From NCBI GenBank assembly GCA_964349945.1, contig CAYGIH010000001.1:105306-169305 (forward strand): 64,000 nt of DNA, given 5' to 3'. The notes beneath the pieces are model-generated. The model saw only the letters and a list, made by a program, of their open reading frames with translations. It ran no database searches and had not been told where the DNA came from. Position 1 is the stretch's first letter; each line of letters starts with the position of its first letter. This stretch comes from an uncultured Candidatus Saccharibacteria bacterium (GTDB lineage Bacteria > Patescibacteriota > Minisyncoccia > Phycocordibacterales > Zambryskibacteraceae). Made by a program: the position numbers and the translations under genes. Positions 1-9,612 of this stretch are shown piece after piece.

Positions 1-53
1 GCATTCCCCTGAAGAGGGAAGGGTCCCCAGTTCGAACCTGGGTCTTGGCACCA
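1..53 (+). tRNA. 5'-truncated tRNA, 3' portion only, with long variable arm and encoded CCA
   Basis: T-arm CCCAG-TTCGAAC-CTGGG is followed by acceptor 3' strand, a discriminator and CCA at 49-53. The 5' part lies outside the window. Confidence 0.4.
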
Positions 54-56
54 ACT

Positions 57-80
57 AAAAACCGCCTGAGGCGGTTTTTG
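57..80. terminator. bidirectional rho-independent terminator
   Basis: Hairpin ACCGCC-tga-GGCGGT flanked by an A-run and a T-run. Sits between the tRNA 3' end and the end of the Hsp20 gene. Confidence 0.6.
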
Positions 81-82
81 TA

Positions 83-532
83 TTATTGACCTTTAACTTT
101 CAGTCTAGTCTGACGATTTTTATCAAGTTTAGGTAAGTGGAGAATAAGGAGTCCATACTTCTCAACTGCTTCTGCTTCGTCTACATCTATTTCTTCTGGG
201 AGAACAACAGTACGAACAAACGAGCCCCAATATAACTCTCTATGATAGTAATCATCAGCAGAAACAGTGCGTTCTTCTTCTCGTTTACCACGAATAGTGA
301 CTGAATCTCTGGTGATGGCAACATCAAGATCTTCCGGCTTTACCCCGGCGACCATGGTCTTGATAACTATTTCTGATGGAGTTTGATAAACATCAACCGT
401 GAGCTGGCCTTCTTCCTCTTCGTCATAAAGACTGGCTTTGTTTTTAGGTGTTTCTTCAATATCCTCTGGGTTTTCATCATCCAATTTGACAGCACCAGTT
501 AATCTTTCAAAAAACGATCTTTTGTTCTGCAT
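83..532 (-). CDS. Hsp20/alpha-crystallin family small heat-shock protein
   Basis: 149 aa. Pattern resembles the alpha-crystallin domain (…TVDVYQT…IRGKREEE…YWGSFVRTVVLP…GLLILHLPK). Confidence 0.8.
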   Translation of the reverse strand: MQNKRSFFERLTGAVKLDDENPEDIEETPKNKASLYDEEEEGQLTVDVYQTPSEIVIKTMVAGVKPEDLDVAITRDSVTIRGKREEERTVSADDYYHRELYWGSFVRTVVLPEEIDVDEAEAVEKYGLLILHLPKLDKNRQTRLKVKGQ

Positions 533-585
533 ATTTTTATTGTTTGTAAGTATTATATCAGTGATTAATTGTGTATAAAAGTTTT

Positions 586-1302
586 TTAGTGGATATCAGG
601 TGGAGAGCTTAGAGGTGGTTTAATGTCTTTAACTTTTTCAAACAATAACAACAATGCTATGATGCTAACCCAAACTGCTCCAAAGGTAATAAAAGTACCC
701 AAATCATTCTGATTAACTATGAATAAATTAAATACTGTATGGAAGCTTACAGCAAGGATAAAAGCTAAAATTCCCCAAATAATTTTATCTAATAATGGTT
801 TGTAGAAGTGAAGAGAAATGGATAGACCGATAGTAGCCGAAGAAACCACATGCAGAAGTGAGGCACCTATAAACCTCATGTTACCCATGATAACTCCATT
901 CAAAATATCTTTTTGTATTAATGGATTAAGTATAAACAAGGCATTTTCTAGAGCCACAAATCCGAGAGCCACAGTAATCATATAAATCATTGGATCGATT
1001 GCCTCATCATCATCAGCTTTAGTTCGGATTGCGATAAAATATGCCGCCAGGAATTTAAAGGCTTCTTCAAGTATTGCCCAAAGAGTAAAGGCCGCAACAC
1101 CCATACCAGGGAAAAAGTCTGCGATTACTTTTTGAAATGGTATAACCAGTATCACTACAGCTGATCCAGCCAAGAAAGTTTTTAAAATTAAAAAGTTTGA
1201 CTCTGGGTTCTTTGCATCCTCTCTAAGCCAAAACAATAGCCACAAAATGGCTGGAAGAAAACCACCTACTAATGCCCAAAATATTGTTGGAAAATCAATC
1301 AT
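586..1302 (-). CDS. PrsW-family intramembrane metalloprotease (putative)
   Basis: Polytopic membrane protein with an EEAFK (EExxK) motif, plus FxxxH-like and H…N motifs (SFHTVFNLF) that are characteristic of PrsW/CPBP-type proteases. Confidence 0.55.
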   Translation of the reverse strand: MIDFPTIFWALVGGFLPAILWLLFWLREDAKNPESNFLILKTFLAGSAVVILVIPFQKVIADFFPGMGVAAFTLWAILEEAFKFLAAYFIAIRTKADDDEAIDPMIYMITVALGFVALENALFILNPLIQKDILNGVIMGNMRFIGASLLHVVSSATIGLSISLHFYKPLLDKIIWGILAFILAVSFHTVFNLFIVNQNDLGTFITFGAVWVSIIALLLLFEKVKDIKPPLSSPPDIH

Positions 1303-1308
1303 GAGTTT

Positions 1309-3420
1309 TTAAATTTTTTCTGGCCATGTTTCTACCATAAGAAATGTTTTCGTATTGTTGTTTGGTCTACTTTGCCATATTTCCTCTGTCACAAACGGCA
1401 TAAATGGATGTAGGAGTTTAAGTGAATTTTCTAATATAAAGTACAATGTTGCTCCATATTCTGGTTTACCTTTACTTTCTTCGATTATCTCATCAGCAAA
1501 GCGGTGCCAGATGTATGCATAAATTTTCTCTGCGGCTAAATAAAACCGATAATTTTCCATATCAAGAGTGATATCTTTAGCTAAAGTTTTAAATTCATCA
1601 ACTAAAGCTTTATTCAAATCACCTCTATTCTCTTGAGAGAAAACAAAGCGGGCAATGTTCCATATTTTATTAGAAAACTTCCCATAAGCTCTTACTTTTT
1701 GAATATCAAATTTACTGTCTGCTCCTGGTCCTATACCGACTATCATAGACATACGGAGTGCATCTGCGCCATACTCGTTAATTATTTCCAATGGGTCTAC
1801 ACCATTATCGAGTGATTTGCTGAATTTCTGTCCCTTCTGATCTCTAAGCATTCCGTGTAGATAAACAGTTTTGAAAGGTATCTCACCAATGAGATATTGA
1901 GACATAAGGATCATACGAGCCACCCAGAAGAAAAGGATTTCATATCCAGGGTTTATCACACTCGTTGGGTGAAATCTTTTTAAATCAGGAGCCGTTTCAT
2001 TGGGCCAACCAAGTGTAGAAAATGTCCAAAGCCCAGATGAAAACCAAGTATCCAAAGTATCTTCATCCTGAACCCAACCGGGTTCCTCGGGGGCTTCTAG
2101 ACCACAAAAAACTTTATTATCTTTGTACCAAACAGGAATTCTGTGCCCATACCAAATTTGCCTTGAGATACACCAATCACGTAAGTTTTCTATCCAATTA
2201 AAATAAACTTTTTCAAAATGTTCTGGGAGGATTTTAATTACTCCACTTCTTACTGGTTCGAGCATCAATTCTTTTAGAGATTTGTTTCCTCTGGAAGGAA
2301 TTTTTTTATTTACATCTATAAACCACTGGAGCATGATTTGTGGTTCAATAGTACCTCCGGATCTTTGGGCTGTGGCTACTCGATTTGTATAGTCTTCATC
2401 AACAGAGACGAGCAAACCCTTATCCTTTAACTTCTCTACAATCTTTTCTCTTGCTTCAGTAATTTTCATTCCTGCAAATTCTCCGGCGACAGGTAAGAGT
2501 CGTCCAAATTGATCAATGATTTGTTCTTTGTCTAATTTATATTTTTCAGCCAATGCGAAGTCTTCATGAGAGTGCCATGGAGTTATGGTCATCACTCCAG
2601 TGCCGAATTCCATATCTATAATCTCGTCTTTGATAATAGTTGCTTCGATTGGTCCATTAATCCACTCAAGATTTATTTTCTGCATATGTTGCCAATCTTT
2701 GTAGCGGGTATCATCTGGATGCATGACTACATATTTATCTCCAAATTTTGTTTCTGGTCTCGCGGTGCCTATTTCAAATGGTCCGTATTTAAATGTGTAA
2801 AACTTTCCCTTACGCTCTTCATAAACCAATTCATCATCTGAGACTACTGTTTGACCCTTGGTGTCCCAGTTAACAATTCTTGAACCTCTGTAGATAAGTC
2901 CGTCATCATACATTCTTTTAAAGGCGGTTTTTACTGCCACGTTGCGTTCATAGTCCAAAGTGAAAGCCTCACGTGACCAATCAAGAGAAGCTCCCATCTT
3001 TCGGAGTTGGTTTACAATTGTTTTTCTACTTTCTGATACGAAGTTGTCCACATGTTCTAGAAATTTCTCTCTGCCTATGTCTCTTTTCTTTACACCTTCT
3101 TTCTCAAGGAGTTTTGTAATCTTTGCATCAGTGGCTATGGCCGCGTGGTCAGTGCCTGGGAGCCACAAAGTTTGTTTGCCTTGCATCCTGTTGTAGCGAA
3201 TCAATGTATCCTGCATTGAATCCTCGAGGGTGTGGCCCAAATGAAGCACTCCTGTGGCATTCGGTGGGGGAAGAATAATAGAGAAAGTTTCTGCATCTGG
3301 TTTGGTTATCCCCAGTTCTATAAGCTTGTCTGGATTAAAAAGACCACTCTCCTCCCAAAGAGTGTAGATTTTAGGCTCTGTATCGCGAGGGTTATAAGGC
3401 GTAAGAAACTTGTCGTTCAT
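1309..3420 (-). CDS. valS: valyl-tRNA synthetase (short form lacking the C-terminal coiled coil)
   Basis: PPPNATGVLHLGH (HIGH motif), KFSKS (KMSKS motif), and a ValRS-like editing/connective region. 703 aa. Confidence 0.85.
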   Translation of the reverse strand: MNDKFLTPYNPRDTEPKIYTLWEESGLFNPDKLIELGITKPDAETFSIILPPPNATGVLHLGHTLEDSMQDTLIRYNRMQGKQTLWLPGTDHAAIATDAKITKLLEKEGVKKRDIGREKFLEHVDNFVSESRKTIVNQLRKMGASLDWSREAFTLDYERNVAVKTAFKRMYDDGLIYRGSRIVNWDTKGQTVVSDDELVYEERKGKFYTFKYGPFEIGTARPETKFGDKYVVMHPDDTRYKDWQHMQKINLEWINGPIEATIIKDEIIDMEFGTGVMTITPWHSHEDFALAEKYKLDKEQIIDQFGRLLPVAGEFAGMKITEAREKIVEKLKDKGLLVSVDEDYTNRVATAQRSGGTIEPQIMLQWFIDVNKKIPSRGNKSLKELMLEPVRSGVIKILPEHFEKVYFNWIENLRDWCISRQIWYGHRIPVWYKDNKVFCGLEAPEEPGWVQDEDTLDTWFSSGLWTFSTLGWPNETAPDLKRFHPTSVINPGYEILFFWVARMILMSQYLIGEIPFKTVYLHGMLRDQKGQKFSKSLDNGVDPLEIINEYGADALRMSMIVGIGPGADSKFDIQKVRAYGKFSNKIWNIARFVFSQENRGDLNKALVDEFKTLAKDITLDMENYRFYLAAEKIYAYIWHRFADEIIEESKGKPEYGATLYFILENSLKLLHPFMPFVTEEIWQSRPNNNTKTFLMVETWPEKI

Positions 3421-3695
3421 ACGTCTTTCATATTAGCACGTGTTCTCTATTAGAATATAGTAAATATAAAGGACAAAATTAAACACAAAAATTAGATAAT
3501 TTCAAATATCTTCAGTATTATTTTAAATGTGTTTACATATAGGTCTTTTATGAAAAGTTTATATTCCATATAAAGGACATTTGGTATATAAAGGACATAT
3601 CTATAAAATATGTTGAAAAATAAGGATATATTCAAAATTTGATTATTTCTCACCATATTGACAAGTTCATAAATAAACGTAATGTAAGAAAATCG

Positions 3696-6182
3696 ATGAA
3701 GAAATTAATTTCCAGCTTGAAATTTAAGAAAATACTCACTACATACCTCGTAGGTGTTTTGCTTGTGCTTAACTTTCCATTTCAGGCTTATGCTGCCTTA
3801 GTAACTGTGGATGTGCAGGCTAATGGCTTAAACGCCTTAACTTTGGCAACATCAACAGATTCATTTGATATTTTAGTGTTTTCTACAGATGCAGCCAGTT
3901 GTCAGATGACTTCACCAACAACCTCTGGGATCTCTCCTTCAGCTAGCATGCATGTAAACCCAGGTGATGCTTTTTACCCTAGTATTGGTGGAAGTGTCAC
4001 TTTTTCTGTGACTTGTGATGATGGAACTGGAGTGACTGCATCAGACAGTGTGGTTGTCTCTCTACCAGCAGTTTCTGTCCCTCCAACACCTCCAACCGTA
4101 AACATCACAGCTAATGGCTCAGATGGCCCGGTGACTCTCACTTCTCCAGCTACATACACCTACACATGGACTTCAACAAATGCCACCAGTTGTATACTCA
4201 CATCTCCAGTAACTTCTGGTATATCAACAGCCGGTACAAGCTCAGCAGTTGCTCCAGGTAGCGCTTTCTATCCTGCAGTTGGTGCTCCAGTAACTATTAC
4301 TATCGAATGTACTGATGGGACAACAACAGTTTCTGACTCGGTGGTGGTGAGCCTTAACTCTGGAGGAGGTGGTACATGTACACTTCCAACTATAAACAGT
4401 TCTCTTACTGCTTCAGGTACTGTGAATACTCCATTTTCATACACAACAACTACAACCAGTACTTCTACTCCCTCATATTCAATTGGAGCTTCAGTCCTTC
4501 CAACAGGCTTGTCCTTTAGCACTACTACAGGAGTAATTTCTGGTACACCAACCCAAAGTGGAACATTTAATATTGCTATCACTCCAACAAATCCTTGTGG
4601 TACAGACACACAAACTTTAGTTATAACCATAAATCCAGCCGGTGGAGGGGGAGGGGCGGTCACAGTAAGTTTAATCCCAAATCCAACAACCTTATTAGCA
4701 AATGCTACCAGCACTCTGACTTGGTCTTCAACCAATGCCACATCATGTTCAGCTCCTTGGACAGTTTCTACAGCCACATCAGGTAACCAAGTTGTCATTG
4801 TGGCAACTACAACAACTTATACAATTACCTGTACAAATGGAGTTACTCCTGTTTCTGCTAGTGCAATAGTAACTGTTATAACTCCAGGTTCCTGCACCCT
4901 CCCAATAGTTTCAAGTGCACTTACTGCTTCAGGTACTGTGAATACACCATTTTCATACACAACCACCACAACCAGTACTTCTACTCCCTCATATTCAATT
5001 GGAGCTTCAGTTCTTCCAACAGGCTTGTCCTTTAGCACTACTACAGGAGTAATTTCTGGTACACCAACCCAAAGTGGAACATTTAATATTGCTATCACTC
5101 CAACAAATCCTTGTGGTACAGACACACAAACTTTAGTTCTAACCATAAATCCAGCTGGTGGAGGCGGTGGAGGAGTTACCCCGCCCGTTTCAACGGGTGG
5201 TGGAGGTGGAGGAGGTGGTCGTAGACATCCAGTTGTTACCACAACTACTTCAACTGGCCTTGAATGTTTCTACCTCAGAGATTATATGAGGAGAGATTTC
5301 AATAATGACCCTATGGAGGTTATTAAACTTCAAGCTTTCCTTAAGAGTTTTGAAGGATATGATTATGTGACTATTAATGGCACATTTGATCAAGCCACTT
5401 TTGATGCTGTTTCAGCATTTCAAATGAAATACGAAGCTGATATTCTCACTCCATGGGGACATACTGCTCCAACAGGATATGTATACATTTTGACCTTGAA
5501 GAAAGTAAATGAAATCTACTGTCAGAGAATATACCCAGTATCTGAACAGCAACAGCTCGAAATCAACGCTCACAGAGCCCTACTTGAGCGCCTAAATGCT
5601 ACAGGAGGCACTATCCCAAGCACAGAAGTGGGTATAAATTCAACAACTACACCAACAATACCGATAATTGGTGAAGCTTCTCCACCTAAAGGACAAAATA
5701 TCTCAAATATAGCCACAGCCTTGTTTGCATTCCCGACCACAATGCAAGGGTTTCTGCAATGTCTGTATGAATGGTTGCTCATACTAATTGTCCTTTATTT
5801 CTTAGGAGATGTCCTTAAAGATGTCCTTTATAAAGATGAAAAGGAAAATGTCCTTAAGAAATTCATAGCCAAGTGGACAATTATCATAGTTGGATTATTG
5901 GCAGCAATAATTATCGCTTTCATACTCTATGAGTGGTGTTTAATCTTCCCACTCCTTGTAGCACTCATACTTTCAATTATCTGGGTTTCGATTTATCCCA
6001 AACATGAGTCTATTAATACCGACATCAAATCTTGGTACATAGTCCTTAGAGCACGAGGAAAGTCTATGTGGATAAAATTTAAGAATAAGAATAATCAATT
6101 ACCTCCGGTGGTTAGTACTATTTCTATTGATAAAACTCTCATGAAGGTTGATGAAAAGATAGAGAATAAAAAGACTAATTAA
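3696..6182 (+). CDS. large cell-surface protein with a signal peptide, tandem putative Ig (He_PIG-like) repeats, Gly/Thr-rich linkers, a peptidoglycan-binding-like domain and a C-terminal membrane anchor
   Basis: Likely start is the MKKLIS… signal peptide; the ORF track starts at 3639. Duplicated segments match the putative Ig domain signature (…LPTGLSFSTTTGVISGTPTQSGTFNIAIT…). IKLQAFLKSFEGYDYVTINGTFDQATFDAVSAFQ resembles a PG_binding_1 domain. Hydrophobic C-terminal segments. Confidence 0.7.
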   Translation: MKKLISSLKFKKILTTYLVGVLLVLNFPFQAYAALVTVDVQANGLNALTLATSTDSFDILVFSTDAASCQMTSPTTSGISPSASMHVNPGDAFYPSIGGSVTFSVTCDDGTGVTASDSVVVSLPAVSVPPTPPTVNITANGSDGPVTLTSPATYTYTWTSTNATSCILTSPVTSGISTAGTSSAVAPGSAFYPAVGAPVTITIECTDGTTTVSDSVVVSLNSGGGGTCTLPTINSSLTASGTVNTPFSYTTTTTSTSTPSYSIGASVLPTGLSFSTTTGVISGTPTQSGTFNIAITPTNPCGTDTQTLVITINPAGGGGGAVTVSLIPNPTTLLANATSTLTWSSTNATSCSAPWTVSTATSGNQVVIVATTTTYTITCTNGVTPVSASAIVTVITPGSCTLPIVSSALTASGTVNTPFSYTTTTTSTSTPSYSIGASVLPTGLSFSTTTGVISGTPTQSGTFNIAITPTNPCGTDTQTLVLTINPAGGGGGGVTPPVSTGGGGGGGGRRHPVVTTTTSTGLECFYLRDYMRRDFNNDPMEVIKLQAFLKSFEGYDYVTINGTFDQATFDAVSAFQMKYEADILTPWGHTAPTGYVYILTLKKVNEIYCQRIYPVSEQQQLEINAHRALLERLNATGGTIPSTEVGINSTTTPTIPIIGEASPPKGQNISNIATALFAFPTTMQGFLQCLYEWLLILIVLYFLGDVLKDVLYKDEKENVLKKFIAKWTIIIVGLLAAIIIAFILYEWCLIFPLLVALILSIIWVSIYPKHESINTDIKSWYIVLRARGKSMWIKFKNKNNQLPPVVSTISIDKTLMKVDEKIENKKTN
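4404..4650 (+). repeat. intragenic direct repeat, copy 1 (about 250 bp, >95% identical to copy 2)
   Basis: The nucleotide stretch cttactgcttcaggtactgtgaata…ccataaatccagc recurs 516 bp downstream. Confidence 0.85.
4920..5166 (+). repeat. intragenic direct repeat, copy 2
   Basis: Near-identical to 4404-4650. Accounts for the spurious antisense ORFs at 4268-4798 and 4817-5242. Confidence 0.85.
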
Positions 6183-7227
6183 GAGAGAGGTTTCCTCGAG
6201 CTTTTATAGAATGTGTTTCAATAGCTAAATTTGGATTTTTGAGCAAGTTTATATAGGCAGTTATTCCTATCATTACCGCATTGTCTGTAGTCAGAGAGTT
6301 TTCAGGGAGAAGTAGGTTCAAACCAGTATTTTTGACTTTTATCTTCTCTAACTCACTTCTCAAGTATTTGTTTGCAGACACACCACCGGCCACAATAAGG
6401 GTGTTTACTCCATACTGTAGGAGAGCTTTTTCTGTTTTGGTTATAAGTACTTCTATGGCTGAATCCTCGAAGGCTCTCGCCATCTCCTCTTTAACTTCCT
6501 CGGTAATAATTTGATCTTTTAATCTATATAAAACAGATGTTTTTAGTCCAGAAAATGAGAAGTCAAAATCATCGGAGTTAATCATGGGTCGAGGAAGTTC
6601 AAAGCTCGGTGTTTTAGCTTCCTTTCTGTGCTTTTCTGCCAGTTTGGATATTTTGGGGCCACCTGGATATTCAAGACCGAGTAATCTAGCCACCTTATCA
6701 AAAGCTTCACCAACAGCATCATCTCTGGTTTGGCCAATCATTTTGTACTCTCCGTAATTCTTTATATATATTAGTTCTGTGTGTCCTCCGGAGATTAAAA
6801 GTGCGACTGCAGGGAGAATTAGTTTTTCTTTTATCCCAAAAAGAGTTGAATAAATATGACCTTCCATATGATTTATAGGCAAAACTTTGATGCCCCATTT
6901 CTCACCAATTTCTTGTGCGAAAACTATGCCTGCCCAAAGTGCAGGTTCAAGTCCTGGTCCGGCGGTCACGGCGATATAGTCTATGTTTGGTTTATCCAAA
7001 CTTTCCTGAGCCTCTTTGAGTACCTTTTCTACTAAAATTGGCAAATTCTTCTCATGTTCTCGTTTGGCAAGCATGGGGACAACTCCACCGAACTCTTTAT
7101 GCATATCTATCTGGGAAACAATGGCATTCGAAAGGATTTTAAATTGTGGGGCATCAATTTCACCACTACATTCGAGTAGAGCGACTGCAGTCTCATCACA
7201 ACTGGTTTCTATGGCTAAGATTTTCAT
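6175..7227 (-). CDS. tsaD: tRNA N6-adenosine threonylcarbamoyltransferase TsaD (Kae1/YgjD family)
   Basis: MKILAIETSCDETAVAL…, HMEGHI motif, about 350 aa. Confidence 0.9.
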   Translation of the reverse strand: MKILAIETSCDETAVALLECSGEIDAPQFKILSNAIVSQIDMHKEFGGVVPMLAKREHEKNLPILVEKVLKEAQESLDKPNIDYIAVTAGPGLEPALWAGIVFAQEIGEKWGIKVLPINHMEGHIYSTLFGIKEKLILPAVALLISGGHTELIYIKNYGEYKMIGQTRDDAVGEAFDKVARLLGLEYPGGPKISKLAEKHRKEAKTPSFELPRPMINSDDFDFSFSGLKTSVLYRLKDQIITEEVKEEMARAFEDSAIEVLITKTEKALLQYGVNTLIVAGGVSANKYLRSELEKIKVKNTGLNLLLPENSLTTDNAVMIGITAYINLLKNPNLAIETHSIKARGNLSLN

Positions 7228-7265
7228 TAAAACAGTAATTATTAGTATATAGGACTATAAACTAA

Positions 7266-9608
7266 GTGTATAATAAGGCAATGATTAAGGATTATGTACG
7301 GGCCGCCAATTATTTGAGCGCCATTCAGATTTATTTGTGGGACAATTTTTTATTAGAAAAACCTCTTAGTAGTGATGATATAAAGTCGAGGCTCCTGGGT
7401 CACTGGGGGACTTGTCCGGGGATTAACTTTGTTTATGCGCATTTGAATGACGTCATCATCAGGCACAAACAAGATATGATGTTTATATTGGGCCCAGGTC
7501 ACGGCTTCCCAGCACTTCAAGCCAATTTGTTTTTAGAAAAAACACTCGGGCAGTTTTATCCAGAAGCAACGCAAGATGAGAGTGGAATAAAATATTTGGC
7601 CAAAAATTTTAGCTGGCCGTACGGATTCCCAAGTCACTCAAATCCTGGTGCACCCGGAGTAATCCTTGAAGGTGGAGAACTTGGTTATTCGCTCTCTACT
7701 GCGTGGGGAACAGTTCTAGATAATCCTAAACTAATTACAGTTTGTCTTGTGGGTGATGGTGAAGCGGAGACAGGCGCACTCGCCACTTCGTGGCACCTTA
7801 GCAAATTTGTGGATCCAAAGACAAACGGAGCGGTTCTCCCAATTCTCCACTTGAATGGTTACAAGATCTCTGGACCAACAGTTTTTGGTCGAATGAATAA
7901 TGAAGAATTAAAGGAACTTTTCCATGGATACGGATACGAACCAATTATAGTCGATGGTGGAGATGATGAACTTTATGAAAGGATGCCTGTGGCACTTGAA
8001 ACTTGTTTAGAAAAAATAAAAAAACTTCAAACAGAAGGTAAGGCAGAAGAAGATTCTTATCCTAGGTTCCCTATGATTATTCTTCGAACCAAAAAAGGTT
8101 GGACAGGAGTGAAGGAATCCAGAGGCAGAAAGATTGAGGATAATGCCTTGGCCCATCAAGTGGTTTGTTCTCATGTGAAGAGTGACCCTGAAGAACTCAA
8201 ATCTGTTGAAGCTTGGCTTCGTTCATATAATTTCTCAGAATTGTTTGGTAAAGAAAATGGTTTTACTAAAAGCATCATAGATCTCATCCCACCACCGGAG
8301 CTTGCGATGGGGAACAACAAACACACTTTTGGTTTGAAATACACTGGTCAACCTCTCGACCTTCCAGATGCAGAAAGTTTAATGGAGGATGCGAGTGTCC
8401 CCGGGACTATGGGTTCAAGCAGTATGATCCGTATGTCTCTATATCTAAAGGAAGTTTTCAACAGAAACAAAGAGAGTAAAAATTTTCGCCTCATGTCTCC
8501 GGATGAAACTTATTCAAACAAACTCCAGGCGGTTTTCCCTGAGACCTCTCGAGCCTTTGCTGGACCGATAGAACCTTGGGACATCGACCTCTCACCAGAT
8601 GGACGAGTGATGGAAATGCTTTCTGAGCACTCGCTCCAAGGTTTAGCCCAAGGTTATATATTGACCGGACGACACGCAGTCTTCGCTTCTTATGAAGCCT
8701 TCGTCCAAGTGGTGTCTAGTATGGCAGATCAATATGCGAAGTTCCTCCACGTCGCCAGAGAGATACCTTGGAGAGGAGATATTCCTTCCCTCAATTATAT
8801 TTTGACCTCTAGTGGTTGGAGACAAGAGCACAATGGTTTCTCTCACCAGAATCCAGGCTTCATTGATGCAATGCTCCAAAAGCAAGGATGTTTTGTGAAG
8901 GTTTTCTTCCCACCAGACGGAAACACCGCACTTGCAGTACTTGAACAATGTCTAAAGTCTAAAAATGAAATCAACTTAATTGTGGCTGGTAAGACTGTTG
9001 AACCAAGGTGGCTCGATGAGAAGTTAGTGAAGCAGGAACTCCAGTCGGGGTTAATGACTTGGGACTTCGCCAGTGATGAAAATCCTGATTTGATTTTCTC
9101 TGCTGCTGGAGAGTATCTGACCAAAGAAGCTCTCGCTGCCATGATGATAATTCGAGAGAAATTACCCGAAGTTAAACTACGCTATGTGAACATTTTGGAG
9201 ATCTCAGCTATAGGTATAGGCAACTCAATGTGTAAGGTGCCCATGCAGTCATTCAATGATTATTATATGGAGGACAAGCCTGTTATCTTTAATTTCCACG
9301 GTTATCCAGAGACACTCAAGCAGGTTTTGTTTGATCACCAAGATGGTAAGAACAGATTTTATGTTCATGGTTATACAGAAAATGGTTCGACCACCACACC
9401 ATTTGATCTTCACCTTAGGAATAAAACCAGTCGCTATGATTTGGCCATTGAAGCCTTTAGAATCTTGGCCGAAAGGAATCTTATCTCTACTGCAGAAGCA
9501 GAACAGTTGATCGAAGAATTCACTCGCAAGATATCTGCTCATCATGAATATATTGTGAAGAATGGAGTGGACCCAGAAGAAATTAATAATTGGAAGTGGC
9601 AAAGATAA
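7266..9608 (+). CDS. xfp: xylulose-5-phosphate/fructose-6-phosphate phosphoketolase
   Basis: 780 aa. Signature motifs GHWGTCPG…GPGHG…EGGELGYSLS, with a TPP-binding fold. Confidence 0.85.
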   Translation: MYNKAMIKDYVRAANYLSAIQIYLWDNFLLEKPLSSDDIKSRLLGHWGTCPGINFVYAHLNDVIIRHKQDMMFILGPGHGFPALQANLFLEKTLGQFYPEATQDESGIKYLAKNFSWPYGFPSHSNPGAPGVILEGGELGYSLSTAWGTVLDNPKLITVCLVGDGEAETGALATSWHLSKFVDPKTNGAVLPILHLNGYKISGPTVFGRMNNEELKELFHGYGYEPIIVDGGDDELYERMPVALETCLEKIKKLQTEGKAEEDSYPRFPMIILRTKKGWTGVKESRGRKIEDNALAHQVVCSHVKSDPEELKSVEAWLRSYNFSELFGKENGFTKSIIDLIPPPELAMGNNKHTFGLKYTGQPLDLPDAESLMEDASVPGTMGSSSMIRMSLYLKEVFNRNKESKNFRLMSPDETYSNKLQAVFPETSRAFAGPIEPWDIDLSPDGRVMEMLSEHSLQGLAQGYILTGRHAVFASYEAFVQVVSSMADQYAKFLHVAREIPWRGDIPSLNYILTSSGWRQEHNGFSHQNPGFIDAMLQKQGCFVKVFFPPDGNTALAVLEQCLKSKNEINLIVAGKTVEPRWLDEKLVKQELQSGLMTWDFASDENPDLIFSAAGEYLTKEALAAMMIIREKLPEVKLRYVNILEISAIGIGNSMCKVPMQSFNDYYMEDKPVIFNFHGYPETLKQVLFDHQDGKNRFYVHGYTENGSTTTPFDLHLRNKTSRYDLAIEAFRILAERNLISTAEAEQLIEEFTRKISAHHEYIVKNGVDPEEINNWKWQR

Positions 9609-9612
9609 ATCT

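Noticed and set aside
4268-5242. Long minus-strand ORFs (4268-4798, 4817-5242) and small + ORFs inside the surface-protein gene
   Set aside because: They are antisense or alternative-frame artefacts of the Thr/Gly-rich repeat region. They mirror the internal DNA repeats and have low-complexity Pro/Val-rich translations.
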